Of a stretch of DNA of 64,000 bases, positions 41,563 through 50,132 are shown piece by piece. The DNA is from an uncultured Candidatus Rokubacteria bacterium (GTDB lineage Bacteria > Methylomirabilota > Methylomirabilia > Rokubacteriales > CSP1-6), in assembly GCA_963771355.1 (NCBI GenBank), contig CAVYTA010000005.1, positions 192,001 through 256,000 of the forward strand, read 5' to 3'. The notes under the pieces are model-generated. The model was not told the DNA's origin. It did not search any database and saw only the letters and a program-made list of their open reading frames with translations. Position 1 is the stretch's first letter. Every line of letters starts with the position of its first letter. A program made the translations under genes and the position numbers.

Positions 41563-41588
41563 CGCCAGGCGGCCATTGCCAGGGCGCC
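41563..41588 (+). repeat. 26-bp direct repeat, right border of islet; contains the -35 of the downstream SDR promoter
   Basis: Identical to 37966-37991; TTGCCA (41576)-N17-TAAGGT (41599). Confidence 0.9.
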
Positions 41589-41611
41589 GGGGCCACGCTA
41601 AGGTACGCGCC

Positions 41612-42421
41612 ATGTCCACCCCCACCGCGGGCCCGTCCCTGGACGGGCGCACCGTACTCATCACCGGTGCCGCCGGCGGCATTGGCGCCGCCACCGCGCG
41701 TCGGCTCGCCGCCGCGGGGGCCCGCCTGGTGCTCGCCGACCTCGACGGCGGCGGGGTCGAGAAGCTCGCCGCGGAGCTGGGGGCCGCCGCGGTGGCCGCC
41801 GACGTCACCCGCCCGGCCGATATCGCGCGAATGGTCGATGAGCCCTACCGGCGCTGGGGCCGGCTCGACGTGCTGTTCAACAACGCGGGCGTCATCCGGG
41901 TGCAGCCCATGCTGGACGTCACCGAGGCGGAGTGGGACCGCGTGCTCGACGTGAATCTCCGCGCCGTGTTCTTCGTGCTGCAGGCGGCGGCGCACCGCAT
42001 GGTGGATCAGACGCCGATGGCCGGCTCGGAGCTGCGCGGCAAGCTCATCCAGACCGCCTCCATTGCCGCCTATCGCGGCGCCAATCCGATGGTCGGGCCG
42101 TACGCCGCCTCCAAGGCCGGCGTGGTGAGCCTGACGCGCACCGCCGCCCAGGCGCTGGCGCGCCGGCGCATCACCTCGAATTGCATCTGCCCGGGCGCGG
42201 TGGACACGGCGATGTGGCAGCAGATCGATCGCGAGTGGGGCGCGCTCGAAGGCCTCGCGCCGGGGGAGGCCTGGAAACGCCGGACTTCCGGGATTCCGCT
42301 CGGCCGTCCCGAGACGGCCGACGACGTGGCGGGGCTGGTGCAGTTTCTCGCCGGCCCCGACTCCGACTACATGACGGGCCAGGCCATCAACATGGACGGC
42401 GGCCTCGTCATGGGCAACTAG
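41612..42421 (+). CDS. SDR oxidoreductase (sorbitol/acetoin dehydrogenase-like)
   Basis: TGAAGGIG, LFNNAG, YAASK, CPGAVDTAMW, MTGQAINMDGG. Confidence 0.9.
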   Translation: MSTPTAGPSLDGRTVLITGAAGGIGAATARRLAAAGARLVLADLDGGGVEKLAAELGAAAVAADVTRPADIARMVDEPYRRWGRLDVLFNNAGVIRVQPMLDVTEAEWDRVLDVNLRAVFFVLQAAAHRMVDQTPMAGSELRGKLIQTASIAAYRGANPMVGPYAASKAGVVSLTRTAAQALARRRITSNCICPGAVDTAMWQQIDREWGALEGLAPGEAWKRRTSGIPLGRPETADDVAGLVQFLAGPDSDYMTGQAINMDGGLVMGN

Positions 42422-42446
42422 CCGCGCGCGTTCTTCCCCCACCTTT

Positions 42447-42598
42447 TGCGGATGTCCGTAACCTCCGCATCGAGCAATAATTACACGCCCTTACACGGTT
42501 ATTCCGGACCGGCTCGCCCGCTCCCAGGCCGGCCTCCTCCCGCTCGCGACTGTGTGGCGGGCGCTTGCGACGCACCGGCCCCTGGCACGGTGGATGCT
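42447..42598 (+). promoter_or_regulatory. Sigma54 promoter with upstream enhancer-like palindrome
   Basis: TGGCACG-GTGG-ATGCT at 42583-42598; TGCGGA-N11-TCCGCA at 42447-42469; TTACAC-N4-TTACAC at 42481-42496. Confidence 0.6.
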
Positions 42599-42764
42599 CC
42601 GTTCTGCGATGCATGACGCGGAAAGAGATGCGTCGCCGGCTCCGTGACGGTCTTGCCCATCTCGGGCGTCTCCTCGAACTCGCACCTCGCCGTCACCCAT
42701 GGGTGATGGTGGTGCGAGCGCCCGGGACCACGGCGGTCGGCGCGCGATCAACAAGGAGGACGTC

Positions 42765-43145
42765 ATGAACGGAGAAGGTACGGCAACCACCTTCGTCGCC
42801 ATGGTGGCGTTCGGCATCGTGGTGCTGCTCGCCATCGGGATCATCGGGCGCCTGCTCGATCTGCGGCGCCGCCGCGAGGACGAGGCGCTCGGTCTGCAGT
42901 CGCGCGTGTCCGACGCGTTGATGCTCGAGCCCGGGCTCGCGGGGCTCGCGGTGACCGCCAGCATGCACGTGCCGCTGTGGCCGCGGAAGGCGCCGAAGCT
43001 CGAGATCGCGGGGCGGGTGCCCACGCCCGACCAGCACGAGCTCGCCTCCCGGGTCGCCATGCGGACGCTCGCCGACCGTGCCGCCCAGGTGGAGATCGAG
43101 GACAAGGTGTGGGTGGATCCCGTGATGCGGGAACACGCAGCGTGA
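42765..43145 (+). CDS. Membrane-anchored BON-like domain protein
   Basis: AAGGAGG SD; TM helix followed by LQSRVSDALMLEP...LEIAGRVPTPDQ...VEIED. Confidence 0.65.
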   Translation: MNGEGTATTFVAMVAFGIVVLLAIGIIGRLLDLRRRREDEALGLQSRVSDALMLEPGLAGLAVTASMHVPLWPRKAPKLEIAGRVPTPDQHELASRVAMRTLADRAAQVEIEDKVWVDPVMREHAA

Positions 43146-43561
43146 AGTGGCTGAAGGGGCGCCGGGCCGCGATCGGCGCGGTCACGGCGCTGCTGGTTAC
43201 CGTCGCCGGTTACTCCGTCACGCGGGCACTAGTCGACGTTCACCCGGCGCCGAAACCCGACCGCGGCCGCGAGTCGCGTGGCTCCAGCTTCGAGGTAGAG
43301 GACGCCACGGTGAAGAAGGTGGATCTCGCGGAGTCTCGGATCGAGCTGGCGTCGGATCTGCTGGGACTGTTCGGCGCCCGGCTCGTGGTTACGGATCGCA
43401 CGGAGATCCTGCTGGACGGCCAGCAAGCCCGCCTGGCCGACCTTCCCGAGGGGGCGCGGGTCCAGGCGAGATACGACCTGCGTGACGGCATGAAAATCGC
43501 CCGAACGATCACCGCGGAGACGCCCAAGCCGGAGCCGGTCCCCACCCCCAGCGGCCGTTAG
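43142..43561 (+). CDS. Hypothetical exported protein (OB-fold-like repeat)
   Basis: N-terminal [23 protein letters not shown] motif; GTGA coupling. Confidence 0.65.
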   Translation: MKWLKGRRAAIGAVTALLVTVAGYSVTRALVDVHPAPKPDRGRESRGSSFEVEDATVKKVDLAESRIELASDLLGLFGARLVVTDRTEILLDGQQARLADLPEGARVQARYDLRDGMKIARTITAETPKPEPVPTPSGR

Positions 43562-43587
43562 TAGCGCTCAGCGACTCCCGAGGACGC

Positions 43588-44241
<654 letters not shown>

Positions 44242-44271
44242 GACAATCCTCCTCGGCGCCCCCGGGCGCCG

Positions 44272-45468
44272 CTAGACGACGTTCTTGTCCCGCAGCGCCT
44301 GGATGCGCGCGGGCGTGTAGCCGTGCTCGGCCAGGATCTCGTCGGTGTGTTCCCCTCGCTGCGGCGCGGCCCGCCGCACCCCCGGGCTCATGCGCGAGAA
44401 GTGGAGCGGGGTGCCGACCACCGGGATCTCGCCGAGCTTGCTGTGGCGCACCCGCTGGACGATGCCGCGTTCCGCCGTCTGGGGATCGTTCATGACCTGG
44501 TCCACGGTATTGACCGGGGTCGCCGGCACATCGGCTTCCTCCAGGATCTTGAGGAGCGGCTCCCGATCCCGCTGCGCGATCGCCTGCTCCAGGATGCCTT
44601 CCAGCTCTGCGCGGTTCTTCACCCGATCCTGATTCTTGGCGAAGCGCGGATCCTCGGTCATCCCGCCCAGGTCGATGGCGCGGGCGAGCTTGCCCCAGAA
44701 GCGGTCATTCGCGGCGGCGATGAAGATCCACTGGCCGTCGCGGCACTTGAAGTTCCGGTAAGGAGACAGCGACGGATGCCCGGAGCCCAGCGCGGTGGGG
44801 ATGGCTCCGGTGAGGAGATACCCCTCGGCGTGGAAGGCGAGGAGGCTCACCGCGGTCTCGAGCAGCGAGGCGTCCACCCGCTGGCCGAGCCCGGTACGCT
44901 GGCGCTGGAGCAACGCGGCGGAGACACCCAGCGCGCAGAGAATCCCGGTGGAGAGATCGAGGAAGGAGACGCCCGCGCGCACCGGCTGACCGCCCGGCTC
45001 ACCGGTGATGGACATGATGCCGCTGAAGGCCTGCATGAGCGCCTCGTACCCCGGCGCGTCCTTGCGGGGCCCGGTACGCCCGAAGGCGGAGACCGAGCAG
45101 TAGATGAGCTTGGGATTGAGCTCGGAAAGAACCTCGTAGCCGAGCCCGAAGCTCTCCATGGTGCCGGTGCGGAAGTTCTCGATGACGACGTCGGCGCCCT
45201 TCACGAGCGCCTTCACCACCTCCACGCCCTCGGGCGCCTTGAGGTCCAGCGTCATGGCGCGCTTGTTGCGGTTGAAGAGGAGGTAGGCCGCCGCCTCCCC
45301 GTCCTTGTGAGGCGGCCAGGTGCGCGACTCGTCGCCGGTGCCGGTGTCCTCCACCTTGATGACGTCGGCGCCGAGGTCGGACAGCAGGGCGCCGCACCAG
45401 GGGCCGGCGATCACGCGGGAGAGATCCACCACACGGACACCGTCGAGGGCGAGCGGGAAGGGGGTCAT
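44272..45468 (-). CDS. CaiB/BaiF family III CoA-transferase
   Basis: DLSRVIAGPW, LGADVIKVE, NRNKR, ENFR, GEHTDEIL. Confidence 0.93.
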   Translation of the reverse strand: MTPFPLALDGVRVVDLSRVIAGPWCGALLSDLGADVIKVEDTGTGDESRTWPPHKDGEAAAYLLFNRNKRAMTLDLKAPEGVEVVKALVKGADVVIENFRTGTMESFGLGYEVLSELNPKLIYCSVSAFGRTGPRKDAPGYEALMQAFSGIMSITGEPGGQPVRAGVSFLDLSTGILCALGVSAALLQRQRTGLGQRVDASLLETAVSLLAFHAEGYLLTGAIPTALGSGHPSLSPYRNFKCRDGQWIFIAAANDRFWGKLARAIDLGGMTEDPRFAKNQDRVKNRAELEGILEQAIAQRDREPLLKILEEADVPATPVNTVDQVMNDPQTAERGIVQRVRHSKLGEIPVVGTPLHFSRMSPGVRRAAPQRGEHTDEILAEHGYTPARIQALRDKNVV

Positions 45469-45493
45469 GGCGGGTATGATACCGCGTCCCGGC

Positions 45494-46222
45494 TCAGATT
45501 TGCCGGGCGAGGAAGGCGGCCTTGTCCATGCGGTTCAGGATGCTCACCACTCGGCGTTGATACGCGGGCGACGTCGCCCCGGGATGCCAGGCGCGCGGCC
45601 TGGGCAGGCCGGCGGCCAGCGCGGCCGCCTCGCGCGGCTCCAGATCGGCGGCGGCCTTGCCGAAGTAGCGCTGGCTCGCCGCGCCCGCGCCGTAGACGCC
45701 GGGGCCGAACTCCGCCACGTTGAGGTAGAGCTCGAGGATGCGCCGCTTGGGCAGCGCGCGCTCGAGCTGCCAGGTGAGCACGGCCTCCCGGAGCTTCCGC
45801 AGTGGACTGCGCGACGATGAGAGCCACAGGTTCTTGGCGAGCTGCTGAGTGATGGTGGAGGCGCCCCGGGGCAGGCCGCCCTCGCGGAGGGCTTCCTCCA
45901 CCGCGTTCTGCATCTCCTTGAGCGCGAAGCCATGATGCGAGAAGAAGCCGATGTCCTCGGACACGAGCACCGCGCGCTTGAGGCTGGGGGAGATGGCCGC
46001 GTACGGCGTCCACGTCCAGACCATCCGCTCGGACTTGCCCTCCGCGCGCAGACGCGCCCGGTGGTCCTCGATGAAGGCGGTGGTGACGGGACGCTCGCGG
46101 GCGAGGCGTGCCACGTCGGGCCAGGTCCAGTACTCCCAGCCCGCCCAGCCGAGCATGGCCAGCAGGACCAGAGCCAGGACTCGAAGTCCCCACCGGGGTC
46201 GCGACTTGCTCCGGGCCGCCAT
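45494..46222 (-). CDS. mtgA: Monofunctional peptidoglycan transglycosylase
   Basis: SEDIGFFSHHG, RGASTITQQLAKNL, RKLRE, KRRILELYLNVAEFG. Confidence 0.93.
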   Translation of the reverse strand: MAARSKSRPRWGLRVLALVLLAMLGWAGWEYWTWPDVARLARERPVTTAFIEDHRARLRAEGKSERMVWTWTPYAAISPSLKRAVLVSEDIGFFSHHGFALKEMQNAVEEALREGGLPRGASTITQQLAKNLWLSSSRSPLRKLREAVLTWQLERALPKRRILELYLNVAEFGPGVYGAGAASQRYFGKAAADLEPREAAALAAGLPRPRAWHPGATSPAYQRRVVSILNRMDKAAFLARQI

Positions 46223-46280
46223 TTCCTCTATGTTCTCCCGGGACCCGCGCCTCACACCCTCAGAATAAGGAGACCCCGCG

Positions 46281-46859
46281 ATGCCGCCCGTCGACCCCAA
46301 TGAGCCCATGATGACCGGTGAGAACTCCTTCATCCGGCTGAGTCTGGATGGAGGCAAGAACCTGTCGGACCGCGCCAGCCACTGGCGGGTGCTCTGGTGC
46401 CCCGTGGGCGCCGGCCACACGCTGTTCCTCCAGAGCACGCTCACCGACAACAAGGTCCGCATCTACTCGGACAACATCGCGGTGGCCCGCTGGCTGCAGA
46501 CGAACATCGAGTCGCTGCTCTTCCCCACCTTCGCGGACACCGCGCTGCCGGTGATGTCCGCGGAGTTCGCGCGCGCGGGCGGCCCGCGCTCGGCGGCGAC
46601 GGAGACCGTGGCCGCCTCCGACGCCCGGATCACCATGTCCTGGTACGACTGCATCGACCCCTTCGTGCTCCACGCGCCGCCCGGCTTCAACAACCGCCCC
46701 ATCGGGGTCTTCAGCACCTTTTTCCCCGCGCGGTCGGCCCAGCTCGAGATCAACGGCAAGGTGGCGACGGGCAGCGTGTGGCCCGAGATGCGAGGCGACC
46801 GGCAAGGCTCCAGCGCCTGCCTCGCGTGGTCGGAAACCTGGGTGAAGCCGCGCGCGTAG
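46281..46859 (+). CDS. Hypothetical protein
   Basis: AAGGAG SD; strong host-like codon usage; no family recognised. Confidence 0.75.
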   Translation: MPPVDPNEPMMTGENSFIRLSLDGGKNLSDRASHWRVLWCPVGAGHTLFLQSTLTDNKVRIYSDNIAVARWLQTNIESLLFPTFADTALPVMSAEFARAGGPRSAATETVAASDARITMSWYDCIDPFVLHAPPGFNNRPIGVFSTFFPARSAQLEINGKVATGSVWPEMRGDRQGSSACLAWSETWVKPRA

Positions 46860-46874
46860 GCAGCCCGCGGCCAC

Positions 46875-46911
46875 GCCGGGCGCCGCCCCGCTCGAGGGGG
46901 CGGCGCCCGGC
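46875..46911. terminator. GC hairpin between convergent genes
   Basis: GCCGGGCGCCGCCCC-N7-GGGGCGGCGCCCGGC, perfect 15-bp stem with no U-tract. Confidence 0.55.
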
Positions 46912-46917
46912 GGAGGC

Positions 46918-47535
46918 CTAGGAGTTGAGCGCCTCGTGGACCTTGCCGACCATCTTGGCGCCGGGATTCACGAGGGTCTTGTCGCCCTCGTCCTTCCACT
47001 TCGACGGGCAGACCTCGTTGGTCTTCTTGCCCATGTAGAGGTTGGCCTTGAACTTCCGCATCATCTCGTCGATGTTCCGGCCGAGGTTGTAGAAGTTCAT
47101 CTCCATGTTCAGGAGCTTGCCCTCGGGGTTGATGATGAAGGTGCCCCGGAGGTCCAGGCCGGTGTTCTCGTCGTAGACGCCGAACATGCGCGAGATCTTC
47201 CCGGTGGGATCGGCGCCCATCTGGTACTTCACGTTGGCCAGCTCCTTCTCGCTCCGCTGCCACGCGAGGTGGGAGAACTGGGTGTCGGTGCTCACGGTGA
47301 CGATGTCGCAGCCCATCCGCTCGAACCGGTCATGCTGCTCTGCCAGAGCAGCGAACTCGGTCGCTCAGACGAAGGTGAAGTCGGCGGGGTAGAAGAAGAG
47401 GATGGACCAGCGCTTCTTGGCGATCTGATCCTTGAGGCTGAACTTGCCGAAATCTCCCTTGACGGGGTCGAAAGTGGTGAGCTCGAAGTCCGGGACGATC
47501 TGCCCCAGCTTGAGCCCCGTGCTCGAATCAGACAT
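46918..47535 (-). CDS. ahpC: AhpC/Prx1-type peroxiredoxin, selenocysteine-containing (U57), 205 aa
   Basis: GGAGG SD + ATG 47535; FFYPADFTFV-TGA-ATEF continues in frame into VSTDTQFSHLAW...RGTFIINPEG...GRNIDE...EVCP. Confidence 0.92.
47334..47352 (-). promoter_or_regulatory. Bacterial SECIS-like hairpin
   Basis: GCTGCTCT-GGC-AGAGCAGC, perfect 8-bp stem starting 13 nt after the UGA (47367-47365), with G in the apical loop. Confidence 0.8.
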
Positions 47536-47636
47536 ACGGATCTGCCTCCCTGGCTCGTGATTTTGGTGTGCGTCTGGTCGCGCCCGACGCTGCGCGCGAC
47601 CCCTCCATAGCTAGCGGACGGGCGACGCGGTTGCGA

Positions 47637-48683
47637 CTAGTCGCGAGGCGCTGCCGGGGCCATGGGCGGCCGCGCGGGCGCGAGGCAGCAGCCGGGAGCG
47701 CAGACGTCGGGCGCGGGGCCCCCGCGCCCCAGCGCAAGACGGGGCGCGTCTCCGGTGCGTTCCCGAACCAGCTCGCGGATCATGGCCACGAAACCCGGAT
47801 GCGTGCCGACGGTGGCGGCGCGGGTGAGTCGCATGCCGAGCTCGCGGGCGCGCGCGGCCGCCTCGATGTCCAGGTCCCACTGGACCTCGAGGTGATCGGA
47901 CACGAAGCCGATGGGCACGAGGACCACCTCGGTGACGCCCCGCGCCCGGAGCGCGGCCAGGTGATCGCGGATGTCCGGCTCGAGCCAGGGCTGGGACGGG
48001 GGCCCGCTGCGGCTCTGGAAGGCGAGCGCCCACGGGTGCCGGCTCCGCAGCCGCGCCGCCACGAGCCCGCTGGCCTCCTCGAGCTGGGCCACGTAGGCGC
48101 TGGTGTCCGCGGTGGACCGCGGCACGCTGTGCGCGGTGAAGGCCAGATGCGCCTCCCCCCGCGCATCATCGGGGAGCATGGCCAGCGCCGCCTCGGTGTG
48201 CTCCACCATCGGCTCGATGAAGCCCGGGTGATCCCAGTACAGGCGGAGCTTGTCGATGACGGGCGCGCGGGCGCCCACCTCCGCGCGGGCGCGCGCGATG
48301 TCCTCCAGATACTGCCGGCACGACGAGTATGAGGCGAAGGCGGAGGTGACGAAGGCCAGCGCGCGGCGGATGCCGTCGTCCGCCATCCGCGCGACGGTCT
48401 CGGTGAGGAGCGGTTGCCAGTTGCGGTTGCCCCAGTAGAGCGGTAAGGCGGGTCCCTGGGAGTCCAGGAGCGCCCGCAGCGCCGCCAGCAGCGCACGATT
48501 CTGCGCGTTGATGGGGCTGACGCCGTCGAAGCGGTAGTAGTGTTCCGCCACCTCGAGGAGGCGCTCGCGCGGAACGCTGCGGCCGCGCGTGACGTTCTCG
48601 AGAAATGGCATCACGTCGTCGCGCTTCTCGGGACCGCCGAAGGACACGAGCAGGATCGCGTCGTAGGGAGTGGTCGAGTCCAT
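47637..48683 (-). CDS. hemH: Ferrochelatase (coproporphyrin ferrochelatase-like)
   Basis: SFGGPE, YWGNRNW, FTAHSVP, FQSRSGP...PWLEPD, PIGFVSDHLEV.WDLD. Confidence 0.94.
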   Translation of the reverse strand: MDSTTPYDAILLVSFGGPEKRDDVMPFLENVTRGRSVPRERLLEVAEHYYRFDGVSPINAQNRALLAALRALLDSQGPALPLYWGNRNWQPLLTETVARMADDGIRRALAFVTSAFASYSSCRQYLEDIARARAEVGARAPVIDKLRLYWDHPGFIEPMVEHTEAALAMLPDDARGEAHLAFTAHSVPRSTADTSAYVAQLEEASGLVAARLRSRHPWALAFQSRSGPPSQPWLEPDIRDHLAALRARGVTEVVLVPIGFVSDHLEVQWDLDIEAAARARELGMRLTRAATVGTHPGFVAMIRELVRERTGDAPRLALGRGGPAPDVCAPGCCLAPARPPMAPAAPRD

Positions 48684-48691
48684 GCCGAACA

Positions 48692-48708
48692 AGTGTAAGG
48701 CTTACACT
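48692..48708. promoter_or_regulatory. Perfect palindrome AGTGTAAG-G-CTTACACT just upstream of hemH
   Basis: Perfect 8-bp AT-rich inverted repeat. Confidence 0.45.
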
Positions 48709-48954
48709 CTCGCCATGTAATTCCTCCATTTTCGCTGCCGGCGAAGAATTCTCCCGCGGCGTGCGGGCGGCGGAAGGTCCTTGCCGCGCGCCATTTTACG
48801 ACGCATGCGCGATCGCATCTCGCGAGCATGGTGGTGGCCGGTGAACTCTTCCAACCGCGCGGCGGTTAGGACTGGTGAACGGATCGATAGCGGCGAGGGG
48901 CGCCCGAACGATCAGCGCGCCCTCGTCGAACAACTCAACCAGGAGGAGCATTCA

Positions 48955-49350
48955 ATGAGCAGGATTCGCCTCGTAGCGATGTTCGTGGCCGCCGCGTTCT
49001 CGGTGTGGACCGTGGGTTCCGCCGTCGCGCAGGCGCCCGCGCCGGCCGCCAAGCCGGCGGAGACCAAGCCCGCGGACCCGGCGAAGCCGGCCATGGAGAC
49101 CAAGCCGGCCGACAAGCCCACGGAGAAGTCGGCCACCAAGGAAGAGGGTAAGGCGAAGGACCCCAAGGCCGCCAAGAGCAAGGCCAAGGGCGAGGAGAAG
49201 ATGACGAAGTCGGGTGACAAGCCGGCCGAGAAGTCGGCGGCCACCCCCGCCACGCCGGCGGCGCCGGCCACGCCGGGTGACAAGGGGGCGGCCACGCCCG
49301 CGGTGCCGGCCAAGCCCGCCGAGCCCGCGAAGCCCGCCTCGAAGAACTAG
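48955..49350 (+). CDS. Secreted low-complexity Ala/Lys/Pro-rich protein
   Basis: AGGAGG SD; signal peptide AVA-QA; KPA repeats. Confidence 0.8.
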   Translation: MSRIRLVAMFVAAAFSVWTVGSAVAQAPAPAAKPAETKPADPAKPAMETKPADKPTEKSATKEEGKAKDPKAAKSKAKGEEKMTKSGDKPAEKSAATPATPAAPATPGDKGAATPAVPAKPAEPAKPASKN

Positions 49351-49446
49351 CTCTCGAGCGCGCCGTTCCCCCGGGGCGTCACCCAGATGGGTGGCGCCCC
49401 GGTCGGGTTCCGGGGCCCTTGATCCGGGTGTAGTCTTGATACTGAC

Positions 49447-49983
49447 ATGTGGGCCATGGCGGGCGGATCGGTGCGGTCGTTCGGGCTCCTCGCGGGGGCA
49501 ATCCTCGCCCTGACGGCGTTGCCGGCCTCGGCCGGTTGGCTCGAGGAGTCGGGCCTGTCCTTCATCGATCCGCCGAAGGCCGCGGACTCCACGCCCTCGC
49601 CGTTCAGCTACCTCGATATCTCGGTGGTGCGCGATGGCACGGAGAGCGCGCTGCGCATGCCGCTGGCGCCCGGCGACGATGCGCGGGACTCGGCGCGCTT
49701 CAGTCGTTTCGTGCCTTATCTCTCGGTGGGCGCCAACCTGCTCGGCCTCGACAGCGGCCGGGATGCCACGGGCCCGCTGTTCGAGAACGCGCGGAATCCG
49801 CGCAAGGGTGTGGAGGTCGGCGCGGGAGTCGCGTGGAAGCTGTTCGAGCGCGTGGAGCTGTTCGGCGAGTACCGCTTCCTGCACGTGAATCCCGATCCCG
49901 CCGACGCCGCGAGCACCGGACTGTTCCGCCGCGATCTCGACGGACCCACCCTCAAGGGCGGCATCAACATCCGCCTACCGTAG
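49447..49983 (+). CDS. Outer-membrane beta-barrel-like protein
   Basis: Signal peptide; VPYLSVGA, GAGVAWKL...LFGEYRF, GGINIRL strands. Confidence 0.6.
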   Translation: MWAMAGGSVRSFGLLAGAILALTALPASAGWLEESGLSFIDPPKAADSTPSPFSYLDISVVRDGTESALRMPLAPGDDARDSARFSRFVPYLSVGANLLGLDSGRDATGPLFENARNPRKGVEVGAGVAWKLFERVELFGEYRFLHVNPDPADAASTGLFRRDLDGPTLKGGINIRLP

Positions 49984-50005
49984 GCGCCCCGCCGCTCCCA
50001 CGCCA

Positions 50006-50132
50006 CCGAGTCGGCGAGAAGGGGCCAGATGCGAGGCGGCGCCCGAGTGCCGGATGCGAGGCGTAGTCTCTCTACGTCGAGCATGCGGCCGAGAGGCGCC
50101 AACGAAGCAGATGGACCCTTATCGCCGCTCGG
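50006..50132. mobile_element. ~125-bp palindromic MITE/REP-like element, copy 2
   Basis: CCAGATGCGAGGCGGCGCCCGAG...GCGAGGCGTA...CTCTCTACGT.GAGC.TGCGGCCGAG.GGCGCCAAC.AAG.AGATGG matches the reverse complement of 24680-24804. Confidence 0.75.

Larger units (their letters stand above)
37966..41588. mobile_element. Integrase-less genomic islet (~3.6 kb) bounded by 26-bp direct repeats
   Basis: Exact flanking DRs; visibly lower GC in parts; gene fragments; tRNA-fMet-derived att site inside. Confidence 0.75.

Noticed and set aside
46918..47316. 132-aa truncated peroxiredoxin or pseudogene
   Set aside because: The upstream frame is intact with SD and start; the only stop is UGA at the catalytic position, with a SECIS-like hairpin
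48842..48935. ECF-sigma promoter (GAACT-N17-GTTA) and 5' hairpin before the low-complexity protein
   Set aside because: Plausible, but too short and degenerate to support without comparative data
49030..49340. Repeat array or CRISPR-like periodicity
   Set aside because: Coding low-complexity KPA/PAT repeats of a secreted protein; no constant repeat-spacer structure
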